Part shown: positions 26,581-36,479 of the stretch, piece by piece
Layout of the letters: every line of letters begins with the position of its first letter
Position numbering within the stretch: position 1 is the first letter of the stretch
Virus record (IMG/VR): IMGVR_UViG_3300027278_000019
Location: 1-42,450 of that record
Reading direction: 5' to 3' (one strand)
Source: a virus
Lineage: Duplodnaviria > Caudoviricetes
DNA length: 42,450 bases
Position numbers and translations under genes: made by a program
Notes under the pieces: model-generated
The model's input: only the letters and a program-made list of their open reading frames with translations
Databases searched by the model: none
Told to the model about the DNA's origin: nothing

Positions 26581-27650
26581 TATTCAAAATCCGTCTTTGG
26601 GGTTATAACTTGACTTAGTGGCTGACGTTCTGGGAACTCTTGGTTGTCCACAATAGTTGTGTTATTATTATTAATAAATCCGCTAGCATTGAATGTTCTG
26701 TCGCTCCAAGTAACATCGCTCACATTGTCGTATAGTCTATGCCAACGACTGCCACGGAAAACAAACAATCTGTTTGGGGTAAAGTCTGTTCTTATAAAGT
26801 AATCACCATCGTTTGGTTCTTGTGGAAACTGATCTCCACTTTGTATAGTTTCGCCATGTTCATATTCAGTCGTGGTATTATCTGCTACTCCAAACAAGTG
26901 TTCAGCAAGTGGCAGGCCTAGTGGATCAGCGGCCTCTGCACTAGCTACAATAGCATCACTGATGTTAATCTCTGTCTTATAGCTACTGATTTTGTTCTTT
27001 AAGCTATCTGGATCACCAGCAGTACCAAGGATGTCAGCATATTCTTGTGTATCTGTAAGTGGACTGACCTTAACACGCCATATATGCGGATACCAGGTTT
27101 GACTAAAGCCTTCACTGCCACGGTTAGCGTCTTGTACTACATAAAACTTATTGACAGCTTCTCGATCATTGTTTAGTAATAAATCATCACGCAAGTGCGG
27201 CAACTCAAATACATCACCTGGCATAATCTTACGACCTAACTTTTCAACCATGTCGTTAATGTGGAATGTAATAAACAGTGTATCGTTTGTCAGGAACAAC
27301 CCAAACTGGCTCAAGTCAAAATCATTGTCACTTACGTTGTATACGCCACGTAACTCATAAATGTCAGGATCATACTTGCGATCTCTGTTTTCCATAAACA
27401 GTAGGTCTTGTATCTTTGTTTCGTTAATCCAACCTTCTGGGTTAACTTCAATGCCAAGCGTAGGGTCTAACTCCAATCCACTACCGTAGTTTGGTTCACT
27501 AGGATCTGCGCTGTTAAGCGTTTGTTTTGGGCCAAGATACTTGTGTATATGGACAGCAGTGCCGCCAATGTCAAATTGCTCACGAATATTTCTATCCATA
27601 AACTTGTAATCGTTGCCTTTGTATGGTTTGTAGAGACTTAGACGTGGCAT
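26580..27650 (-). CDS. T4 gp14-like neck/head-closure protein
   Basis: DLLFMEN..., LSQFGLFL..D...ITFH, PGDVFELP pattern; adjacent to the gp15-like gene. Confidence 0.65.
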   Translation of the reverse strand: MPRLSLYKPYKGNDYKFMDRNIREQFDIGGTAVHIHKYLGPKQTLNSADPSEPNYGSGLELDPTLGIEVNPEGWINETKIQDLLFMENRDRKYDPDIYELRGVYNVSDNDFDLSQFGLFLTNDTLFITFHINDMVEKLGRKIMPGDVFELPHLRDDLLLNNDREAVNKFYVVQDANRGSEGFSQTWYPHIWRVKVSPLTDTQEYADILGTAGDPDSLKNKISSYKTEINISDAIVASAEAADPLGLPLAEHLFGVADNTTTEYEHGETIQSGDQFPQEPNDGDYFIRTDFTPNRLFVFRGSRWHRLYDNVSDVTWSDRTFNASGFINNNNTTIVDNQEFPERQPLSQVITPKTDFE

Positions 27651-27671
27651 AAATTTTTTTCCTATATATCG

Positions 27672-27679
27672 TATTTAGC
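27672..27679 (-). promoter_or_regulatory. Late promoter variant (GCTAAATA) for the leftward operon
   Basis: Minus-strand TAAATA motif upstream of the AGGA RBS of the gp14-like gene. Confidence 0.45.
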
Positions 27680-27681
27680 TG

Positions 27682-27710
27682 TTGACAAGCAATACACAAT
27701 GCTTTATAGT
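27682..27710 (+). promoter_or_regulatory. Sigma70-type promoter
   Basis: TTGACA (27682-27687), 17 bp, TATAGT (27705-27710). Confidence 0.8.
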
Positions 27711-27744
27711 AAGATGTAAACAGAAAAACACTGGAGACTACAAA

Positions 27745-29004
27745 ATGGCTAAAAGTATTGGCGTTAAGATTCCCAAGAAAAAACCACGTGCTAAAGTAAA
27801 CCGCAAAACTGGCTTTGCTGATCCAGTGTGGACTGGGTGGGAACGCTGGAGCGGTGAGAAGTTTCACCGTGAAGTAGACCGTTTGAAGTTCATGTATTAC
27901 AATCAGGTCGATCCCAAAGATCTAATGCCTAGCGTATATCACTGGATGAAAGAAAACGGGTATACTCCCAAGCAGATCAAAGCAGCTAAAGCAGTCTGGA
28001 TTAGTCCCAACGTTGCTATTCAGTGCAAGCTACTTGCTACTGGTATGCCAGCACACAATCCTAAACATGCCGAATATTGGGAATCACTTCCTGGCACCGG
28101 TGACAAGCTGAAGCCCGTCACTGACTTTATTAAACAGCACGTTGATCAATCAGTTGAAGCCGGTATGAGTAAAGTAGCTGAGGTGGAAGCTAAAGAAAAA
28201 GCAGCCGCTAAGAAATACACTCCTAGCATTCGTGAAGTGATGTTTGACGCAGCCTGTGCTATGAGCGAGGGCATCGACGATGTAGTTGAGGACTTTGTCC
28301 GTACTAACGATCCCGCGGTTGTTGCTGATTTTGATCCCTACGCTATACTGGTCAAAGTTCAAGCAAAAGCAAACCATGCTCGTATTATCCGTAAACAATA
28401 CGAGGGTGAATTTGAAGAAATGACACTCGTTAACAATATCCCATCAGCGACTCAACTTAAAAAGATGACTGAGCGTGAACAAGATGAGTGGGAACAGATT
28501 AAAGAGGGCTATGCACACTTTACTGCAAAGCAGAAAAAAGCAGCTCTTGAACTGTTTAAAAAGATCATCGATGCTTGCGACATGATTATCAATACGCAAA
28601 AGGTTACACGGGCACCGCGTAAAGTGAAAGCCAAGAGCCCAGAGCAACTAGTAAGCAAGCTGAAGTTTAAAGTTAACGACACCACGTATGCTATTACCAG
28701 TGTGCCGCCAGCGCAAATAATTGGTGCAGTAGCAATGGTAGTATTTAACGCTAAAACACGTAAGCTGGGCATTTACATTGCAGCGGATGAAGTCGGGTTT
28801 GGAGTTAAAGGTTCTACGCTAACTAATTTCAATGAAACCACAAGTGTTCAGAAAACAGTGCGCAAACCTGACGAAGTATTGGGCAAGTTTAAAAAGACTA
28901 CCAAGCCTAAGACGCTCAAAGAGTTCGAGATGATTAAGACCACAGAAACTAAAATGAATGGTCGCTTTAATACAGACACAGTTATCATCTCAGTGTTCAA
29001 GTAA
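27745..29004 (+). CDS. Hypothetical Lys-rich protein, probably early
   Basis: GGAG RBS before ATG 27745 (the track's TTG start is the -35 box); has its own sigma70 promoter and terminator. Confidence 0.75.
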   Translation: MAKSIGVKIPKKKPRAKVNRKTGFADPVWTGWERWSGEKFHREVDRLKFMYYNQVDPKDLMPSVYHWMKENGYTPKQIKAAKAVWISPNVAIQCKLLATGMPAHNPKHAEYWESLPGTGDKLKPVTDFIKQHVDQSVEAGMSKVAEVEAKEKAAAKKYTPSIREVMFDAACAMSEGIDDVVEDFVRTNDPAVVADFDPYAILVKVQAKANHARIIRKQYEGEFEEMTLVNNIPSATQLKKMTEREQDEWEQIKEGYAHFTAKQKKAALELFKKIIDACDMIINTQKVTRAPRKVKAKSPEQLVSKLKFKVNDTTYAITSVPPAQIIGAVAMVVFNAKTRKLGIYIAADEVGFGVKGSTLTNFNETTSVQKTVRKPDEVLGKFKKTTKPKTLKEFEMIKTTETKMNGRFNTDTVIISVFK

Positions 29005-29030
29005 TAGTAGTGTAATAAAGTTAAAGCATC

Positions 29031-29056
29031 AGGGGGGCGCAAGCCTCCCTTTTCTT
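29031..29056 (+). terminator. Rho-independent terminator
   Basis: AGGGGGGC-GCAA-GCCTCCCT plus TTTCTT. Confidence 0.75.
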
Positions 29057-29063
29057 ATAAATA
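29056..29063 (+). promoter_or_regulatory. Late promoter (TATAAATA)
   Basis: Exact consensus before the neck gene. Confidence 0.7.
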
Positions 29064-29082
29064 GTAATAAGGAGATCCTATT

Positions 29083-29823
29083 ATGAGCGCCAAAAGTGAT
29101 TTAATTAAAGAAATGGAACTACGCCTAGGTGGCGGTATGGTTGATGTTGAACTTGACCCAGAGCATTATGAACTGGCTATTAAAAAGAGTTTAGCAAAGT
29201 ACCGTCAACGTGCAGAAAATGCAGTTGAGGAAAGTTTTGTATTTCTTCCAGTAGTATCAGAGGTCAACGAATACACGTTACCAAACGAAGTCACTGAAGT
29301 AAAGGATATTTACAGACAAACTTCCGGTGGCATGGGTATTGGTAGCGGCAGTGATTTTGAGCCATTTTATGCATCATATATGAATTCATATCTACTTGGA
29401 TCAGCAAGATCAGGCGGGTTAGCGACTTATGATTTCCTTATGCAAAACCGCGAAACTATGGGTAGACTGTTTGGATCAGAAATACTGTTTACATGGCGCC
29501 CACAAGATCACCGTATTATACTGCATCGTAAGCTAAAAACAGACGAAACATTAGTGTTGCACGTTTACAACTATCGTCCAGATGATAACTTGTTAAACGA
29601 CACCTATGCTGGTCCATGGATTAAGGATTATGCATTTGCACACGTTAAGCTGATGCTAGCAGAAGCACGTGGCAAGTTTAGCCAGATCGCTGGACCTCAA
29701 GGAGGTACAACCATGAACGCTGATACATTACGCAGTGATGCACAGGCAGAAATGGACAAGTTAGAAGTAGAACTAACTTTGTACAATGATGGCAGTGCAG
29801 GCTTAGGATTTGTTATTGGATAA
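29083..29823 (+). CDS. T4 gp13-like neck protein
   Basis: LRLGGGMVDVEL, WIKDYA.A..K, GKF...GPQGG.T.N motifs; ends FVIG. Confidence 0.8.
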   Translation: MSAKSDLIKEMELRLGGGMVDVELDPEHYELAIKKSLAKYRQRAENAVEESFVFLPVVSEVNEYTLPNEVTEVKDIYRQTSGGMGIGSGSDFEPFYASYMNSYLLGSARSGGLATYDFLMQNRETMGRLFGSEILFTWRPQDHRIILHRKLKTDETLVLHVYNYRPDDNLLNDTYAGPWIKDYAFAHVKLMLAEARGKFSQIAGPQGGTTMNADTLRSDAQAEMDKLEVELTLYNDGSAGLGFVIG

Positions 29824-29867
29824 AGTACAAGGTTAACCCTATTTCAGCATGTTTTTCAGGGGTCTGC

Positions 29868-29875
29868 TATAAATA
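29868..29875 (+). promoter_or_regulatory. Late promoter (TATAAATA)
   Basis: Exact consensus before the sheath gene. Confidence 0.7.
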
Positions 29876-29932
29876 GTAGTAGAACATAGATTCTCGAATT
29901 TACATGTAAAAAGATAAGGAGAACTTTAAAAA

Positions 29933-32359
29933 ATGGCAAATCTAGTTTCACCTGGAGTACAGGTCACAGTAACAGATGAGTCAGTTTATGGTCCAGCAGG
30001 TTCAGGCACAGTACCAATGTTATTCATTGCTACTGGCGAAAACAAAGCAGACCCAACTGGCACAGAAGCTGACGGTATCGCTAAGTATACCAAAGCATCA
30101 CAAGCCGGAAAACCAGTCCTTGTCACATCACAACGCGAACTAACACAATACTTTGGGAATGTCGACTTCCGCAAAGTTGCTGGATCAGTAGTGCAGGGTG
30201 ACGAAACAAACGACTACGGTCTTCTAGCAGCATATTCTTTCCTAGGTCAAAGTTCAGCAGCGTACATTGTACGTGCAAACATTGACACCGCAGCACTACG
30301 CCCACGATCAAGCGAACCAGTAGGACCGGCTGCAAATAACACATACTGGCTAAACCCAAGCAGTTCAAGTTATGGTATATTCCAATATACCATTGGTGGC
30401 TGGCAGCTAGTAGAACCTACATTAGAAGTAACAGCAGGCGGACTTCCAACTGCAACACCAGTTGATGGTGAATTCCTTGTAGTTCTTGATAACGGTACAA
30501 CATCAACAGAAATCTCATACTGGATTGGTGAGAGCGGCAACTGGGTAGCACTTGACTCATCATGGGCTACAGGTACAGCAACATTTGCCCCACACTATAA
30601 TGAGCCAGTAGGAGCAGTTGTGGGTGATGTTTGGATTAAAACAACACAGCCTGGCGTAGGACTAGATCTCGATCTACGCCTATACACATCATCAGTTGGT
30701 GATTTTATCGCACAACAAATACTTTATGTGCAATCAAGTGGCCCAGCAGGAGACAACACAGATACATTCCAAGACGGCAGTCTTCCAGCAGCAAGAACAT
30801 TTGTTGAAGGAGATATCTGGATTGAAGTCATGGATGGCGCTCTAAACATCACACGCTGGGATAGTTCAAACACAGAATGGGACGATGTTGCTACTGATGA
30901 TTCAGTTGCAACAGGGGGCTTCACAATGATAGTGTCGGGTGCAGAACCAACTGGTTCTCCAGAAGACGGTACTATCTGGTTTGACTCAGACATTAACGAA
31001 TTGGCTATCTTTGAAGTAACAATCGACGGCGGCGAACAAAAATGGATGCGAGTAAATGAGGTATCATATAGCACAGTTGCTCCATCAGGCGCAACCGCTG
31101 GTGACTATTGGGTAGACACAGGAGCAGCAACATCTTATCCTTCACTTTATCGCTATAACGGCAGTGCATGGGTAGCAAAAGACAACACTGATCAGTCAAC
31201 AAGTGCAGGTGTTGTTTTTGGTGATATCACAGCAAATGACGTAGTGGCAGGCGATTTCGTCGCACACGGTGCAGTATTAACTGATGGTCCAAGTCCACTA
31301 ATATATCCAGTTGGCACAACAGGAATCAACATGTGCCGTTCAGGTGGCACAGTTCGCATTTACAATGATTCACTAGACGGCGATTGGAAGTGGCGTAATC
31401 TAGCAGGCAACCAAGCAGACGGTTCAGGATCATTTGGTCGTGCAGCACAGCGCAAGGTTATTGTTGCTGCGATGCAGGCAAGTGCAAGCGGTACAGAACT
31501 ACGCGAAGACACTGTACAATTCCGTCTAATTGCTGCACCTGGTTATCCAGAACTATTTGACGAAATGGTAACACTAAATGCTGATCGCAATGAAACAGCA
31601 TTTGTTATTGTAGACGCACCGTTGCGTGTTAACCCAACACAGGCTATTGCATGGGTACAGGGTACAAACGCAATTGAAAATGGTGAAGATGGTCTAGTAG
31701 GACGCAACACATATGCGGCAGCATATTACCCAAGTGTTCTAACAACTAACCCAGCGACTGGCGACAGTGTAGTTGCTCCAGCATCACATGCTGTTCTATA
31801 TACATATGCATACAGTGATAACGTAAGTTATCAGTGGTTTGCACCAGCTGGTCTAACACGCGGTGTTGTACAAAACGCATCAAATGTTGGTTACATCAAC
31901 GGTGAAGGTGAATTTGCAGCAGTATCACTAACACAGGGTTCACGTGACGTAATGTATGAAAACAAGCTAAACCCAATTGCTCGTTTCCCAGCAGAAGGCA
32001 TCATCGTGTTTGGTCAGAAGACACTAGCAGCAGGCGCAAGCGCACTAGACCGTGTAAACGTAGCACGTCTAACAGCTTACCTACGTGAGCGCTTTGCAGT
32101 TATTGGTCGTCCATACTTGTTCGAACCAAACGACACAAACACACGTAAGAACGCAAAAGGCACATTTGATGGCTTCATGGGCAACATCCTAGCACAACGT
32201 GGCATATATGACTTTGCTGTTGTGTGTGATGAAACAAACAACACACCAGCACGTATTGACCGTAATGAGCTATGGATTGACGTTGCAATTGAACCAACAA
32301 AAGCAGCGGAATTCATCTACATTCCAATCCGCATTGTTAACACAGGCGAACTAAGCTAA
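29933..32359 (+). CDS. Tail sheath protein (T4 gp18-like)
   Basis: LVSPGVQVTVTDES N-terminus, WFAPAGLTRG, FGQKTL, DRVNVARL, VCDETNNTP..IDRNEL, EFIYIP. Confidence 0.95.
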   Translation: MANLVSPGVQVTVTDESVYGPAGSGTVPMLFIATGENKADPTGTEADGIAKYTKASQAGKPVLVTSQRELTQYFGNVDFRKVAGSVVQGDETNDYGLLAAYSFLGQSSAAYIVRANIDTAALRPRSSEPVGPAANNTYWLNPSSSSYGIFQYTIGGWQLVEPTLEVTAGGLPTATPVDGEFLVVLDNGTTSTEISYWIGESGNWVALDSSWATGTATFAPHYNEPVGAVVGDVWIKTTQPGVGLDLDLRLYTSSVGDFIAQQILYVQSSGPAGDNTDTFQDGSLPAARTFVEGDIWIEVMDGALNITRWDSSNTEWDDVATDDSVATGGFTMIVSGAEPTGSPEDGTIWFDSDINELAIFEVTIDGGEQKWMRVNEVSYSTVAPSGATAGDYWVDTGAATSYPSLYRYNGSAWVAKDNTDQSTSAGVVFGDITANDVVAGDFVAHGAVLTDGPSPLIYPVGTTGINMCRSGGTVRIYNDSLDGDWKWRNLAGNQADGSGSFGRAAQRKVIVAAMQASASGTELREDTVQFRLIAAPGYPELFDEMVTLNADRNETAFVIVDAPLRVNPTQAIAWVQGTNAIENGEDGLVGRNTYAAAYYPSVLTTNPATGDSVVAPASHAVLYTYAYSDNVSYQWFAPAGLTRGVVQNASNVGYINGEGEFAAVSLTQGSRDVMYENKLNPIARFPAEGIIVFGQKTLAAGASALDRVNVARLTAYLRERFAVIGRPYLFEPNDTNTRKNAKGTFDGFMGNILAQRGIYDFAVVCDETNNTPARIDRNELWIDVAIEPTKAAEFIYIPIRIVNTGELS

Positions 32360-32385
32360 AGTATAGCTTTATAAAATATAACAAG

Positions 32386-32416
32386 TAGGGTAGTAGAAAT
32401 ACTGCCCTATTTTTTT
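32386..32416 (+). terminator. Rho-independent terminator
   Basis: TAGGGTAGT-AGAAAT-ACTGCCCTA plus T run. Confidence 0.8.
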
Positions 32417-32426
32417 GAACAAAAAG

Positions 32427-32434
32427 CATAAATA
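32427..32434 (+). promoter_or_regulatory. Late promoter (CATAAATA)
   Basis: Late motif after the terminator, before the tube gene. Confidence 0.65.
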
Positions 32435-32469
32435 CATTATATAAAACAAACCTTAAAGGAGATTTATAA

Positions 32470-33069
32470 ATGGCTGTAACAGTTAACTTTGGTGTCCCAA
32501 CAGAACAAACTGGTGGCACACTCATGCCAAAACTACAATACCGTTTCCGTGTAACATTCACAAATTTGGGCGGACAAGGTACAACTGGCTCACTAGTAAC
32601 ACGTAACGTAGTAAGCGTTACTCGCCCAGCATTGGATCACGAAGACGTAACAGTTGATGTATACAACTCAAAGATCAGACTAGCTGGCAAACACACATGG
32701 CAAGACGTAACACTTGTAATTCGCGACGATGTTAATAGCGATGTTATGACACTGCTAGGCAACCAGATGGCTCGCCAAGTAAACCATGCAACACAAGCAT
32801 CAGCAAAAGCTGGCGAAGATTACAAATTCGGTATGAAAATCGAAATGCTTGACGGTTCACAAACAGACAACGTAATTGATACATGGACATTAGCAGGTTG
32901 CTTTATTCCAAGTATTCAGTACGGTGATCTAAACTATGCAACAAGTGACGTAGTGCAAATTACTGCAACTATTCGTTATGATAACGCATCAAACGAAGGT
33001 AAAGGTTCAGACGTTCTAGCAAAAGGAACACCTGGCAAGGGCAGCGTAGCACCTGGCGCAAACAATTAA
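32470..33069 (+). CDS. Tail tube protein (T4 gp19-like)
   Basis: PKLQYRFRV, AGKHTWQDVTL..RDD, W.L.GCF...YGDLNY...I.YD; follows the sheath gene. Confidence 0.85.
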   Translation: MAVTVNFGVPTEQTGGTLMPKLQYRFRVTFTNLGGQGTTGSLVTRNVVSVTRPALDHEDVTVDVYNSKIRLAGKHTWQDVTLVIRDDVNSDVMTLLGNQMARQVNHATQASAKAGEDYKFGMKIEMLDGSQTDNVIDTWTLAGCFIPSIQYGDLNYATSDVVQITATIRYDNASNEGKGSDVLAKGTPGKGSVAPGANN

Positions 33070-33084
33070 TACAGGCTTTGAATT

Positions 33085-33729
33085 ATGAGCGGATTTCTAG
33101 GAGGAGCAGCATCGTATATCTATAGCCAGAGCGAAGCAGGTAGCACCAGCACACAGTCATTTATTCCTAGAAGTAAGTTTCAATTCGAAACTAAGATTTA
33201 TCACAAGGGGAGTAGCGTGCCTACTCCCTTTGTTTTGAATAGAATTTCAGAAATATCAATGCCAACTGTAATTTTTAAAACAGTTATGATGAATCAATAC
33301 AACAAAAAACGTTTGGCGAATACGGGCGTTGAGTATCAACCTATATCTATTAATGCCTACGATACCCGTGATGCACAAATAGAAAAGTTTTTAAAAGAAT
33401 ATGCAGAATATTATTATGAGGGTACTATGAATGACCAGACTGGACGTGTGCAAAGTATTGACGACATAATAAGTCCAGATTTTTATGGTGGCACGAGCGG
33501 GCGTGGTTTGAAATTGCTAGAAAGCAGATTTTTTATGACAAAGATAGAAATCAGACGATGGTCAAGCCCAAGTGATGATAACCTAATAACATTATGGAAC
33601 CCGCTGATTACTGCTATACAAGGCGATACTCTAAGCTATAGTGATAGCAACCCTGTACAGTACAGAATTGAAATAGCATATGAGGGATATGATATTCACA
33701 CATCTAGATCTGGCCGCACCGGACGTTAA
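33085..33729 (+). CDS. Tube-fold baseplate/tail tube initiator (gp54/gp48/gp19-like)
   Basis: I.MP......NQYNKKR....YQPISI..YD and D.LSYS..PVQ....AYE tube-family pattern. Confidence 0.6.
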   Translation: MSGFLGGAASYIYSQSEAGSTSTQSFIPRSKFQFETKIYHKGSSVPTPFVLNRISEISMPTVIFKTVMMNQYNKKRLANTGVEYQPISINAYDTRDAQIEKFLKEYAEYYYEGTMNDQTGRVQSIDDIISPDFYGGTSGRGLKLLESRFFMTKIEIRRWSSPSDDNLITLWNPLITAIQGDTLSYSDSNPVQYRIEIAYEGYDIHTSRSGRTGR

Positions 33730-33739
33730 GGAATAGCCA

Positions 33740-34186
33740 ATGGCAAAATTTCAAAATGGTGAATACATTCCTCAAAATCCAAGTAAATATATAGGCAAAG
33801 GAACTCCGCGATATAGAAGCGGATGGGAATTAGCAGTATTTCGTATGTGTGATAACCACCCTGCTATACTAGGTTGGGGAAGTGAAACTCATCGTATACC
33901 ATATAGGCATCCTATCACGGGAAAACAAACAACATATGTTCCAGATTTGCTAATGGTATATCAGGATCGTAGTGGGCAGAAACGTGCTGAAATGGTTGAA
34001 ATAAAACCAAGTAAGCAAATATTAGGGGAAGCCCGTTCACAGATGGAAAAGGCGCAAGCAGTTATTAATGCAGCAAAATGGGAAGCAGCACGTGCATGGT
34101 GTAAAAGTCAAGGATTGGGCTTCCGCATTATTACTGAAAAAGAAATATTCAATAAACCACAGGGATCTAAAAGGAAGAAAAAGTGA
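33740..34186 (+). CDS. Head completion protein (T4 gp4-like, TnsA-type nuclease fold)
   Basis: NPSKYIG...YRSGWE, W.SE...IPY, Y.PD, EIKP, N.AKW.AA..WC, F.IITE. Confidence 0.9.
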   Translation: MAKFQNGEYIPQNPSKYIGKGTPRYRSGWELAVFRMCDNHPAILGWGSETHRIPYRHPITGKQTTYVPDLLMVYQDRSGQKRAEMVEIKPSKQILGEARSQMEKAQAVINAAKWEAARAWCKSQGLGFRIITEKEIFNKPQGSKRKKK

Positions 34187-35064
34187 TCTATAACCCCGCT
34201 GGTCCGTATATGATTGCGTTGGGTACCAGTCATACGGCTGGTATTTGTGATACATATACTATACAAGATACATTTGCAGACAAGATAGCCCGTGAATTAA
34301 ATCTAGAATTAATCAAAATAGGAATTCCGGGCTGCATTAATGAAGAACTTTCATACGCATTTTTAAGATTGCAAAACAGTGGATTATTGGAAAATGAAAA
34401 TTTAAAATTCTTTTTGCTTGAACCTAGACTAACAGAAACAAGTATGAGAATAGGTATAGATTCATTTTTTAATGTAAATGATGCAACAGAAATATTAGAA
34501 ACTTACATTAAAAAAAGTATAGGATACACCGCGATTAAAGACAAATATAAGGATGAATTTATACGTCCATATAGATTAGTTGCAGAGTATTTTAGTTTTG
34601 TTATGAATGACAAGTCCTCTGTTGATGATAAAGTCAACAATATACTACAACTTATTAATAACAGAACAAATAAAGAATATGAAGTAGATCCAGATATAAA
34701 ACGTATTATAGAAGATTATGTAAATTATTCATTGCATTATGCTGAAAGCTATGCAGAGCTTTTTAATAACATGATACACATATCAATGATTTTAAACACA
34801 TTAAACTTAATAGAAGTACCTACCGCATGGATTACATTTGACGAAATGTATCGCAATAAATTACGAGGTATAGATAGAAATCTATTAATTACGGGCTACT
34901 TTAAAAATACAAAAGATACGTTAATAACAGATGGCATATGCAATAAGTATATGAACAATTCACCGCATCTATTATGTGATTGTGGACATTTAAATAGTGC
35001 AGGACACGATAGCCTGTATACAGAAATAATAGATAAAATAAAAGACATAGTTGATTTTAAATGA
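34183..35064 (+). CDS. SGNH-hydrolase-like protein, AT-rich (paralog 1)
   Basis: GTGA overlap start; ALGTSHTAG, IGIPGCIN, C-terminal CDCGHLNSAGH. Confidence 0.55.
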   Translation: MIYNPAGPYMIALGTSHTAGICDTYTIQDTFADKIARELNLELIKIGIPGCINEELSYAFLRLQNSGLLENENLKFFLLEPRLTETSMRIGIDSFFNVNDATEILETYIKKSIGYTAIKDKYKDEFIRPYRLVAEYFSFVMNDKSSVDDKVNNILQLINNRTNKEYEVDPDIKRIIEDYVNYSLHYAESYAELFNNMIHISMILNTLNLIEVPTAWITFDEMYRNKLRGIDRNLLITGYFKNTKDTLITDGICNKYMNNSPHLLCDCGHLNSAGHDSLYTEIIDKIKDIVDFK

Positions 35065-35924
35065 ATATAAACATTCCAGATTCTCCCTACATGATCGCAT
35101 TAGGAACAAGCCACACTGTCGGGCAATGTAATGGCGAAGTTTTAAAGGAATCATTTGTGGATTATGTGGCAAATGAATTAGGGTTAGAACTTATAAAAAT
35201 AGGCATGCCAGGATGCACAAACATGGAACTACTTTTTTCATTTAACAAACTATTCAATAACGGATTTATTAACAATAAAAACATGAAACTGTTTTTACTT
35301 GAGCCCAGAGTTGTAGATGCAACTATACGAATTCCGTTAGAGGGATTGTTTGATAAAGAAGATGTAAGGTCAATGATATTAGAGAATTTAAAAGAGCGTA
35401 CATTTACAGAAGAAGACGCTAGCTTTAAAAGAGAATATGAAATAATAACTGCTATTTTCAATAGACATCAAATGAATTTGCCACTTGATGAAGTTTCAGC
35501 TGATATTGAACAAAATGTAAACAATTTTATAGATGGAAATTTTAAGGTAACTGATGAAACAGGATATATTCTTAAAGATTATAGTAGGTATATTTTAAAT
35601 TATGCTGATACTTATATGCAAACCATGGATAATTTAATAATAGTAAATTCGATATTAAATCATCTAGAATCTTTGTCAAAAAAGTATTTCTGGCTAACGT
35701 TTAGTGTATTTAATGATAAGCATGAAATAGTATCAAATGAACTTATTAATTCCAAGTTACATCACAGACTCTTAAGAAAGTCTATAACCAAAGAATATCA
35801 AACAGTGTTGGCAAACAAAAATTTATTATGTGAATGTGAGCATATGAATGAAGCTGGGCATAGGCATTTGTATACGCTGATAATAGACAAGATAAAGGAA
35901 GGCTACTATGACAAAACGACTTGA
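35061..35924 (+). CDS. SGNH-hydrolase-like protein, AT-rich (paralog 2)
   Basis: ALGTSHTVG, IGMPGCTN, FLLEPR and CECEHMNEAGH shared with paralog 1. Confidence 0.55.
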   Translation: MNINIPDSPYMIALGTSHTVGQCNGEVLKESFVDYVANELGLELIKIGMPGCTNMELLFSFNKLFNNGFINNKNMKLFLLEPRVVDATIRIPLEGLFDKEDVRSMILENLKERTFTEEDASFKREYEIITAIFNRHQMNLPLDEVSADIEQNVNNFIDGNFKVTDETGYILKDYSRYILNYADTYMQTMDNLIIVNSILNHLESLSKKYFWLTFSVFNDKHEIVSNELINSKLHHRLLRKSITKEYQTVLANKNLLCECEHMNEAGHRHLYTLIIDKIKEGYYDKTT

Positions 35925-36459
35925 AGAAGAATTCAATCTTCCTCCAATTGAAGACATCGAATTTAATTATGATGATGAGGAAGAGGACACTGAGCCTACA
36001 TTAGAGGAAGTGCAAAATGAAATAGCACTATATAAAAATGAAATGGCAATAGCTGAGAAGGTAGATGCTGCCCTTCCACTTGTTCAGGGTTTAGAAGAGC
36101 TAGACAAAGAAATGGACGAATACGCTACTAAAGCAATGAACACATTTGAAGAACTATGCGACTTAGGTAAAAATGTAGAAGATCGCCATGCAGCACCAGT
36201 ATTTGATAGTGCTAGTAAAATGTTAGCAGCCGCTATACAAGCTAAACAAGCAAAAATGGATAAAAAGCTGAAGATGGTTGAATTGCAGATGCGTAAACAA
36301 CGTTTGGATATGCAGGAAAAAGAACTACAACTTAAAATTAAAAAAGCAAATGAAGCTGATGACGAACTTGATAGTCCAGCCATAGAAGGCAAGATTGTAG
36401 GTGATCGTGCTAGTATGATTGCAGAAATTATGTCGAAAATGAAACAAAACGATAAATAG
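35908..36459 (+). CDS. Putative terminase small subunit (T4 gp16-like)
   Basis: Acidic N-terminus, helical core, IVGDRASMI C-terminal motif, located upstream of the large subunit. Confidence 0.55.
   Translation: MTKRLEEEFNLPPIEDIEFNYDDEEEDTEPTLEEVQNEIALYKNEMAIAEKVDAALPLVQGLEELDKEMDEYATKAMNTFEELCDLGKNVEDRHAAPVFDSASKMLAAAIQAKQAKMDKKLKMVELQMRKQRLDMQEKELQLKIKKANEADDELDSPAIEGKIVGDRASMIAEIMSKMKQNDK
36451..36458 (+). promoter_or_regulatory. Late promoter (GATAAATA)
   Basis: Late motif before an AGGAG RBS. Confidence 0.55.
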
Positions 36460-36479
36460 TAATACTAGGAGACATGGCC

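Noticed and set aside
27682-27744. N-terminal extension of the 440-aa ORF from TTG
   Set aside because: The TTG is the -35 hexamer of a sigma70 promoter; ATG 27745 has a proper RBS.
33740-34186. TnsA transposase suggesting a Tn7-like element
   Set aside because: Motifs and position match the T4 gp4 head completion protein, which shares this fold; no other transposon genes or ends.
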